From: a virus
Length of the DNA: 64,000 bases
Virus record (IMG/VR): IMGVR_UViG_3300007516_000001
Strand: one strand, 5' to 3'
Shown here one piece after another: positions 8,313 to 14,481 of the stretch (positions within the stretch are counted from its first letter, which is position 1; every line of letters begins with the position of its first letter). The notes under the pieces were generated by a model, which was given only the letters and a program-made list of their open reading frames with translations, made no database searches and was not told where the DNA came from. The position numbers were made by a program, and so were the translations under genes.

Positions 8313-8786
8313 ATGAACAACTTATTCGAGCAAATCAAATCACACAAGCACTATGAGGGCCTTTTACACGTAGTGGAAGATGCCAAAACTATAGAGGCCA
8401 TCTGCTTAATACTTTCAGAAGATACCCAACTACTAGAGTTAGTTCGGGCCGATAACTATAATGTTGAAACCGATAAGATATACCCGTTAACTGTTAACTA
8501 CAATATTGAACCCTATTGTGCAGGGTTTATAATTGTATTCAACATACCCAGTAACCACAACCATTTATTAAGCCGAAGCGAGCAACTTGACCTAAGCCGA
8601 CATTATAAGAATCGCCACATGGACTTACTTAAAAGATTGGGTATGCTTAAACATTGTTTCGGAAGTTATACACCCGAAGAAACAGAAGATGAGGAGGCCT
8701 CTTTAGATATTCAGGTTGATAGTACCCAATACCCTATAGTAATGATAACCCTCTTTGAAAATAATGAGGTACACTCGAATAATTAA
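8313..8786 (+). CDS. hypothetical protein
   Basis: 157 aa ORF. Its 3' end runs into the extended cassette 8 sequence. Confidence 0.7.
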   Translation: MNNLFEQIKSHKHYEGLLHVVEDAKTIEAICLILSEDTQLLELVRADNYNVETDKIYPLTVNYNIEPYCAGFIIVFNIPSNHNHLLSRSEQLDLSRHYKNRHMDLLKRLGMLKHCFGSYTPEETEDEEASLDIQVDSTQYPIVMITLFENNEVHSNN

Positions 8787-8792
8787 TATATA

Positions 8793-8845
8793 GGGTATGA
8801 TAGAAATGTCATACCCTTTTCTTATATTTGTTCTGTTAGCAATTC
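8793..8845 (+). promoter_or_regulatory. Stem-loop plus promoter cassette, copy 8 (variant leader)
   Basis: Hairpin at 8793-8816. TAtaTTTGTTCTGTTAGCAATTCA at 8827-8845. AACTATTCAC at 8860-8869. ATG at 8870. Confidence 0.7.
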
Positions 8846-8869
8846 AGCTATCCAATAAAAACTATTCAC

Positions 8870-9283
8870 ATGACAAAATTAAAGAATGCCTCCAATAGCA
8901 CTAATCTTACCCCGGAAGATAGAGCAGAAATAAAAGCCTTTATGTTATCAACTTTAAAAGGATATAATGCCGATGGAGATATAGATACCATCTATGTAAA
9001 TCTAGACCGACATACAGGACCAGGAATAAACTTTGTAGGTTTCCCTGATAATCCGGTTGAATACGAATACACAGAGGAACTATTAGCCGAAGCAATAGAC
9101 AAAGTGCTAGATACTTATTTAGAAACCTCAGATGCCAAGAAAGGTTTTTTTATATATACCTGTGGAGATAATAGAGAAGTATCATTGGACCACGTAGATG
9201 ATAATGATACAGACCAAACTCTTGCCTGCTTTGAAAGTGAAACCTTAGAATCAGGTAGACATTATTATATAGGGTATGATTAA
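8870..9283 (+). CDS. hypothetical acidic protein
   Basis: 137 aa ORF. Its stop codon lies within the cassette 9 hairpin. Confidence 0.7.
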   Translation: MTKLKNASNSTNLTPEDRAEIKAFMLSTLKGYNADGDIDTIYVNLDRHTGPGINFVGFPDNPVEYEYTEELLAEAIDKVLDTYLETSDAKKGFFIYTCGDNREVSLDHVDDNDTDQTLACFESETLESGRHYYIGYD

Positions 9284-9323
9284 TATATCATACCTTTTAC
9301 GTATATTTGTTCTGTTAATCAAT
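9273..9323 (+). promoter_or_regulatory. Stem-loop plus promoter cassette, copy 9
   Basis: Hairpin ggtatgat/atcatacc at 9273-9294. TAtaTTTGTTCTGTTAATCAAT at 9306-9323. ATG at 9338. Confidence 0.7.
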
Positions 9324-9337
9324 TAAGACTATTTACT

Positions 9338-9619
9338 ATGGCACACAAATCACAATGGGTTGATGTAATTGAATCTTTGACTCGGAAAACAAAGAAAGTG
9401 AAATTTACCACTAAAGAAATTTCAGATGAGGCTAGACAACTATATAAGGAGGGCTCCTTAAAAAGCAAAGCCGACTATCCTTGGTTTATGTCAAACTATG
9501 TTTCATCGGCATTAAAGAACATGGCTAAAGCAAAGACCCCAAAGATAGGATTTGCATGGAAAAAAGCAGGTACTAAAGGAAAAACAAAAATCTGGTATTT
9601 AATCAATAACCCCAAATAA
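9338..9619 (+). CDS. hypothetical basic protein
   Basis: 93 aa Lys-rich ORF downstream of cassette 9. Confidence 0.7.
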   Translation: MAHKSQWVDVIESLTRKTKKVKFTTKEISDEARQLYKEGSLKSKADYPWFMSNYVSSALKNMAKAKTPKIGFAWKKAGTKGKTKIWYLINNPK

Positions 9620-9645
9620 CATGGACACCCCAATAATAATATAGA

Positions 9646-9697
9646 GGGTATGATTGAAATGTCATACCCTTTACGTATATTTGTTCTGTTAATCAAT
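9646..9697 (+). promoter_or_regulatory. Stem-loop plus promoter cassette, copy 10
   Basis: Hairpin at 9646-9669. TAtaTTTGTTCTGTTAATCAAT at 9680-9697. ATG at 9715. Confidence 0.7.
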
Positions 9698-9714
9698 CAA
9701 TCAATCATATAACT

Positions 9715-9969
9715 ATGACCGAAGAAACTTTACTCCATGCAGATGCGATAGTATCAATGGAAACCCTACCCCAACAAATAGACCACATATCGGCATCAAT
9801 GCATAAAAAGGTGAGAATAGCAGGTGAGTACATTGACAAATTACCCGAAGAGGAGAAGGAAGAGGCTAATCAATATATTCAGAATCGGGTTGAGGCTTAT
9901 TACGAACCATCTATCCTAGGCTCCGATAATCAAATGTATAGCGTAGCCTCTCTTGACAATATGTTTTAA
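9715..9969 (+). CDS. hypothetical protein
   Basis: 84 aa ORF downstream of cassette 10. Confidence 0.65.
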   Translation: MTEETLLHADAIVSMETLPQQIDHISASMHKKVRIAGEYIDKLPEEEKEEANQYIQNRVEAYYEPSILGSDNQMYSVASLDNMF

Positions 9970-9995
9970 CCCATAATCAAATAACCCCAAATAAC

Positions 9996-10556
9996 ATGGA
10001 CACCCAAGACCCAATTGAACACTTGCATCAAGATATAATGCAAGCACTACCCATAGGGGTAATTCAAAATATCAAGGCAATTAAATTTGTAAGCGATTTA
10101 ATTGCTGCCGAAGCCTTAGTTGAAAATGTAATAGAAGAGCTCAGAAATGTAGACCTGAATCTGACCGAAAAAGAAGAGGATGAATATACCCTAAGAATCC
10201 TTAGATGCTACTATGCCCATAAGGTAAAAGTCTTAAGAAGCAATAGCAAACCCGAACCCCAAAACAAAAGAGATTTGGGTAGAGATATGGACGACATCAG
10301 AAAGGACTTCAAAGAGATACTCAAGGATATCACCCTAGAAGAAGCCGATGAACTATATAGCTATTGCAAAAGACGTTATGGCATCAAGGTTCAAAGGGCA
10401 ATAGAAAAACTCGATAATGAGAACCAAAGAATGCTTGATGAGATGGCTACCTTGGCCGGAACCCAAGAAGATTTGAAAAGAGAATTACAAACACTGAACC
10501 AGCTGCAATATGGGTACGATTTAGACAACCATTATCATGAGTCTGAGGTTGATTGA
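9996..10556 (+). CDS. hypothetical protein
   Basis: 186 aa ORF rich in charged, coiled-coil-like sequence. Confidence 0.7.
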   Translation: MDTQDPIEHLHQDIMQALPIGVIQNIKAIKFVSDLIAAEALVENVIEELRNVDLNLTEKEEDEYTLRILRCYYAHKVKVLRSNSKPEPQNKRDLGRDMDDIRKDFKEILKDITLEEADELYSYCKRRYGIKVQRAIEKLDNENQRMLDEMATLAGTQEDLKRELQTLNQLQYGYDLDNHYHESEVD

Positions 10557-10581
10557 TTAACACTTAAATCAAACCCGAATG

Positions 10582-10611
10582 AGGGGGTACTTAAATGTAC
10601 TCCCTTTTTTT
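10582..10611 (+). terminator. Intrinsic terminator
   Basis: 9-bp stem agggggtac/gtactccct with one G-U pair and a 6-nt loop, followed by a T7 run. Confidence 0.75.
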
Positions 10612-10769
10612 ATGCCAATTCTCCAAGAGTCAATATGATGGATTAAATAACCAGATACCCATAAGGTAATCAAGGCCCTCAACCAAGAGTACCCATCATC
10701 CCAAAACCTACAAGCTATAGAGGTATAACCATCAACCCCTACCACCCCAAAACAAAAAAAATAACAACT

Positions 10770-11606
10770 ATGAAAAGTAACAAAGTAAGAAGAGTACCCA
10801 GACCCTTAGGAACTACCATAATGTTAATGGAGTACCACAAACAACCCAACGCAAATATACAAAAACAAATAAAGGAGCAACTCACAAAACATCTCATCAA
10901 TACCTATGCCTCAAACAATCAAACCTTAAACGGAAGGATATATAGTATAGAAGAACTAGCAACTTATCTTCAGGTACCACAGAATCGGGTAATGGGTCAA
11001 GTAGTAGAGCATTCAATGCAGATGGCTCGGGTATTAGGAGAGGATGGGTCGATGAAAGAGATGTATGAAGGCTTGCTTTTAACTGCCCTAGGTTGGGCCC
11101 TTGGCGATCGGGTCAAAGTTACCAAACAATTGGAGCTGTTGAACCGGAGCCAAAATGGCAAGTACAAACCATTTATTTCAGGTGAAGTTAATGGCCTTTT
11201 AGGTACCCTTTTGAAGAGCCAAGGAGCTTTATTAGAGGTAGCCAAGACAATGAAACCAGAAACACAAAGGCACCCACATCTACCGGGCCATAGCCAGGTC
11301 ATTAACGGGAACGTCCTATATAATAATGGAGTAAATGATGGCAGTGTTTCAAGTGTACCTGGCTCAAAGGCATTGACGGTCGATGAGGCCTCTAAATTAA
11401 TTAATGAAAGGGTTCAGGCGCCCATTGCCCTTAACCCTTTTAACGATTACCTGGAGGGTACCCCAAACATCTCAGCCCTTGGAGAAGTATCCAGCATATC
11501 TTTGGAGCCTGCTGTTCATTCCCACGACACCCAAGACGATCCGGGTACCCATGCTAGCCACCGGGCAAGAGCAAGAGGCTATGATGATGAGGTACCCATG
11601 ACTTAA
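10770..11606 (+). CDS. hypothetical protein
   Basis: 278 aa ORF, visibly more GC-rich than its neighbours. Preceded by a 158-nt C/A-rich untranslated stretch. Confidence 0.7.
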   Translation: MKSNKVRRVPRPLGTTIMLMEYHKQPNANIQKQIKEQLTKHLINTYASNNQTLNGRIYSIEELATYLQVPQNRVMGQVVEHSMQMARVLGEDGSMKEMYEGLLLTALGWALGDRVKVTKQLELLNRSQNGKYKPFISGEVNGLLGTLLKSQGALLEVAKTMKPETQRHPHLPGHSQVINGNVLYNNGVNDGSVSSVPGSKALTVDEASKLINERVQAPIALNPFNDYLEGTPNISALGEVSSISLEPAVHSHDTQDDPGTHASHRARARGYDDEVPMT

Positions 11607-11760
11607 TAATACCCCCCACTACCCTGGAGCCAGCAGAGTAGGGCGCCATACTGATGCCTTGCCTTATTATAGATTAAATAGGTTGGTTGGGTACCCTTAG
11701 ACCTACTCTGCTGGCTTGCTCTACCTGCCTACTCTACCGTGACCTCTACCCGAAATATTT
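11604..11760. repeat. GC-rich structured non-coding island A
   Basis: Perfect 14-bp inverted repeat gccagcagagtagg (11629-11642) / cctactctgctggc (11702-11715). CCTACTCT and CCACTACCCTGG motifs are shared with island B (12800-13078). Confidence 0.7.
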
Positions 11761-11790
11761 AATTAGGATTTGGGCAATAAAGGATGGATA

Positions 11791-11806
11791 TTTGCATTCA
11801 ATCAAT
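11791..11806 (+). promoter_or_regulatory. Degenerate promoter cassette (no hairpin)
   Basis: gaTAtTTGCATTCAATCAAT resembles the cassette core. AACTATTCAC at 11810-11819. ATG at 11820. Confidence 0.4.
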
Positions 11807-11819
11807 TAAAACTATTCAC

Positions 11820-12098
11820 ATGAAATACATTCCAGCATTAAAAATTAACTCACTTCCCTTAGAGCAATTTGGCTTAAAGGAGGAAGAGGGCAAGAAAGGG
11901 TTTTATTCTCCTATGAATGAGGATGATTCTTATTGGGGTTTCGATTATGATGAGAAGGATGATGTGTATTGCTTTATGTCTTGGGGCATTCATGCAGAAC
12001 ATAGTGAAGAAAGAAAAAAGCAGGTAGAATTTATCTTGGAGTTTTATCGGTTATCAACTTTCGTTCTCGGTTACGAAATGGAATTTGATTGCTTTTAA
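11820..12098 (+). CDS. hypothetical protein (paralogue of the N-terminus of 7527-8285)
   Basis: ATG at 11820 (MKYIPALK), right after the AACTATTCAC leader. The track start at 11784 lies inside the promoter-like sequence. Confidence 0.7.
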   Translation: MKYIPALKINSLPLEQFGLKEEEGKKGFYSPMNEDDSYWGFDYDEKDDVYCFMSWGIHAEHSEERKKQVEFILEFYRLSTFVLGYEMEFDCF

Positions 12099-12104
12099 TT
12101 AAAG

Positions 12105-12173
12105 AATAGGGCCCATTACTATTAATTAGGATATGGGTCCTATTCTATCTATATTTGTTCTGTTAGTAATTCA
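12105..12173 (+). promoter_or_regulatory. Stem-loop plus promoter cassette, copy 11 (different hairpin, same promoter core)
   Basis: 12-bp stem aatagggcccat/atgggtcctatt (12105-12144) with one G-U pair. TAtaTTTGTTCTGTTAGTAATTCA at 12154-12173. AACTATTCAC at 12186-12195. Confidence 0.65.
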
Positions 12174-12196
12174 ACTAACAATCTAAACTATTCACT

Positions 12197-12373
12197 ATGA
12201 AGGCATCACAAATTTTCAATCGTGGCATTATTCGTCACAATGCAGAATCTAAAGTATTAGTTCTGAAAGAAGGAGTTAAAGGAAGATATAAGGGTCCTAA
12301 AACTAAAAGTGATTCAATGGGTCCAATCTTCGCAGTTCGTTCTATTCAGCCTAAACAAAATTCATGGGACTGA
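12197..12373 (+). CDS. hypothetical small protein (58 aa, below the ORF-track cutoff)
   Basis: ATG at 12197, two nt after the AACTATTCAC leader. MKASQIFNRGIIRHNAESKVLVLKEG..., with TGA at 12371-12373. Confidence 0.55.
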   Translation: MKASQIFNRGIIRHNAESKVLVLKEGVKGRYKGPKTKSDSMGPIFAVRSIQPKQNSWD

Positions 12374-12465
12374 TATTATTCTTCGGCAAAATCATATTTG
12401 GAGTCCTATCAATTATTTTGATAGGTGCTTCAATGGGTGCTCTTCCAACTGATGAGGAGCAATGA
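12364..12465 (+). CDS. hypothetical 33-aa hydrophobic peptide
   Basis: ATG at 12364, overlapping the upstream stop. MGLILFFGKIIFGVLSIILIGASMGALPTDEEQ has a single predicted transmembrane helix. Confidence 0.4.
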   Translation: MGLILFFGKIIFGVLSIILIGASMGALPTDEEQ

Positions 12466-12481
12466 CAATATCAAGTAAGAT

Positions 12482-12513
12482 TTCTCCCATGGGTCCTAAT
12501 TCTCATGGGAGAA
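12482..12513 (+). terminator. Perfect 10-bp hairpin (possible terminator or processing site)
   Basis: ttctcccatg / catgggagaa with a 12-nt loop. No strong T-run follows. Confidence 0.4.
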
Positions 12514-12620
12514 TCCTATTAACAAAGGCTACATATTGCCTATAGGCCCCCACGAGGACAGGCCTGAACACGACATACAATCTCTTTACTCTGTGAATAG
12601 GAGTAGATTGAATAACCCCA

Positions 12621-12648
12621 AAGGGTCTTTAGAAATAGAGGCCCTTTT
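12621..12648 (+). terminator. Putative intrinsic terminator
   Basis: 7-bp stem aagggtc/ggccctt followed by TTTT. Confidence 0.5.
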
Positions 12649-12737
12649 CGGTGTGTAAAATTCAAGAACCTACTCTGCTTTGGCGTGATCTAAAATAGGA
12701 GTAGGTATTAAGGGCCTACCTGGCTTAAAGGCAATAT

Positions 12738-12797
12738 AGGCCTATAGGCATAGTATAGTAATTAGGCCTATAGGCATAGTATAGTAATTAGGCCTAA
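12738..12797. repeat. 26-bp tandem direct repeat, 2.3 copies
   Basis: aggcctataggcatagtatagtaatt occurs at 12738-12763 and 12764-12789, then a partial aggcctaa. Each unit holds the palindrome GCCTATAGGC and GGCATAGTATAG. Confidence 0.9.
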
Positions 12798-12799
12798 GG

Positions 12800-13078
12800 G
12801 GTCTGGTACCCTACCTACCTACTCTACCCATGCCCAGGGTACTAGAGGGGCCAATGGAGAGGGCAGGCACCCTCTGCCTAGGTTAGGTAGGTAGGTAGGT
12901 AGCAAGGGTACCCAATAAATTAATTAATAATCACCCACTGCCCTGGCACGTGTAGGGTACCGGAGACTCGAAGACCTTGCTTGCTTGCCCATACAATCGA
13001 ACCTGCTTGCCTGCCTGCCCAACCACCCCACTGCCCTGACCTTATTGCTCGAACCTTGCCTGCTCGGATAGTCAATCT
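12800..13078. repeat. GC-rich structured non-coding island B
   Basis: Inverted repeat ggtaccctacctacctac (12805-12822) / gtaggtaggtag-caa-gggtacc (12890-12912). (AGGT)n microsatellite at about 12884-12902. Pyrimidine-rich CTTG/CCTG repeats at 12975-13065. CCCACTGCCCTG occurs twice. No ORF of 60 aa or more. Confidence 0.75.
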
Positions 13079-13190
13079 GTGAATTTGTCTACATTGCATC
13101 CTTATTTAGAATCATTCCAAATAAAGAAAAAAAGTGAATTATTTTTTTATTTATGTTATTTGAATGAATTTATTTCTATCTTTGTAGAAG

Positions 13191-13219
13191 AAAGAACGGA
13201 AAAAAAATCGTTCTTTTTT
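13191..13219 (+). terminator. Putative intrinsic terminator
   Basis: 8-bp stem aaagaacg/cgttcttt with a 10-nt A-rich loop, followed by a T-run. Confidence 0.55.
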
Positions 13220-13301
13220 GTTCTTTGCTTTGTGGACTTTTGCAATTGTTTTGCAAATTTTAATAATAAACTTTTTTTAACCAATCTAATAACTATTCAC
13301 C

Positions 13302-13694
13302 ATGACAAAATTATCTGATAATACAAACAATGTGGAACGTACAAACGTTACTAAGAAATTCGTGAATCTATCCTACGAAACAATGGATAAGAACGCACAA
13401 AAGAAATTCAGAGAGAAGCGAAGAACTGAATTATTCGCCATTATTGCTAAGAGAGAGATGTCAATTCTTAAAAAAGATAGTACATTTGATTCCAATGCAA
13501 ATTTTGAATCCTTTAAAGAGTTTATAACTAACAATTATAACTTAGCATTATCTCAAGTTGATGCGATTTTTAAAGGTCAAGCAGATAACAATAGAAAACA
13601 ATCGTTTGCTGTCTATATTGCAGCGTTCAAAGTTTATCTTTCTAATCCTACTAAAGCAAAAGTAGCTAAAGCAAGCAAAGCTAAGAAAGCATAG
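13302..13694 (+). CDS. Lys-rich hypothetical protein (paralogue of 4170-4661)
   Basis: 130 aa ORF. FESFKEFITNNYNLALSQVDAIFKGQ...FKVYL matches the 4170 ORF. AACTATTCAC leader at 13291-13300. Lies in a markedly AT-rich island. Confidence 0.75.
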   Translation: MTKLSDNTNNVERTNVTKKFVNLSYETMDKNAQKKFREKRRTELFAIIAKREMSILKKDSTFDSNANFESFKEFITNNYNLALSQVDAIFKGQADNNRKQSFAVYIAAFKVYLSNPTKAKVAKASKAKKA

Positions 13695-13700
13695 TAAACT

Positions 13701-13747
13701 AAATGAATGTAAAAATAGAAAACTGTCCTCTATTTTTACATTCATTT
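13701..13747. terminator. Strong bidirectional hairpin terminator
   Basis: Perfect 19-bp stem aaatgaatgtaaaaataga / tctatttttacattcattt with a 9-nt loop. A- and T-runs flank it. Confidence 0.8.
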
Positions 13748-13927
13748 TTGGACAAATACGTCTACAGACCCCCCCTCGCTAAGCCAGGAGCCTAGGGCCC
13801 TCTTGAATGCGAAATACTTAATTGACCATCTGACAACCCGATAACCCCAAAATTTTACCAGACCCCCTACAGCCTATGAACCTAAGACAAATTGCCCGAA
13901 TTGCCATCATATCTTAAACCCGATACC

Positions 13928-14191
13928 ATGACAACTACCATCCTCAAATTCTCAATTACCTCCCTAGGTATTACTGAGCTATCTGTACCCGAAGACTTTA
14001 CCCCTACCACTGCCCAACTTTGTAGAGGCTACTTTACTCTATGGGGCCATGGAGACCTCGAAAAACCCACTAAGACTTTAACCGTCTTTGCCCAATATAC
14101 CGGAGAGAGCATTCCCCCCAGCTTCGTACACCTCGATACTATTCAAACCCATAATGGCTTTGTACTTACCCATATATATGTGAAAATATGA
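13928..14191 (+). CDS. hypothetical protein (paralogue of 14188-14481)
   Basis: First ATG is at 13928 (MTTTILKF); the track start at 13892 is TTG. Shares a spaced pattern with the next ORF: LTE...AQ...G..DL...H(I/Y)(F/V). Confidence 0.6.
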   Translation: MTTTILKFSITSLGITELSVPEDFTPTTAQLCRGYFTLWGHGDLEKPTKTLTVFAQYTGESIPPSFVHLDTIQTHNGFVLTHIYVKI

Positions 14192-14481
14192 AAACCATAA
14201 TTGATGTAGACCTGAAAGCCCATGGCCTAACAGAAGTTTACCTTTCCCCCAAATTTCGTCCCCTATGTGCCCAATACCGAGACCATAAGATAGTTCTATA
14301 TGGGTATGCTGACTTGAAAGTGAAAGCCGTAAAGACCCGATACATGGCTATACTATCAGGAGGAAGTATCTCTCACCCCAAGCCCAAATATATTACCTCA
14401 GTCCAAATCTCTGACTCCTTCCTAATGATACACATATTCAAATACCCAATTCCTAAAGACAGCCCCTATGACAATTCCTGA
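14188..14481 (+). CDS. hypothetical protein (paralogue of 13928-14191)
   Basis: 97 aa ORF with an ATGA overlap with the upstream gene. Confidence 0.65.
   Translation: MKTIIDVDLKAHGLTEVYLSPKFRPLCAQYRDHKIVLYGYADLKVKAVKTRYMAILSGGSISHPKPKYITSVQISDSFLMIHIFKYPIPKDSPYDNS

Noticed and set aside
279-9697. Possibility that the regularly recurring ~50-nt repeats are a CRISPR array
   Set aside because: The 'spacers' are 300-2400 bp and consist of complete protein-coding genes. The repeats contain a promoter box and terminator hairpin, and no cas genes are present.
12985-13065. tRNA-like T-loop strings (ggttcga on the minus strand at about 12993 and about 13050)
   Set aside because: The flanking sequence cannot form a 5-bp T-stem, acceptor stem or anticodon arm. 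No cloverleaf could be drawn.
13079-13318. 79-aa + strand ORF in the AT-rich island
   Set aside because: It has a non-ATG start and an extremely Phe/Asn/Leu-rich translation typical of AT-rich non-coding DNA. It spans a terminator hairpin and the leader of the 13302 gene.
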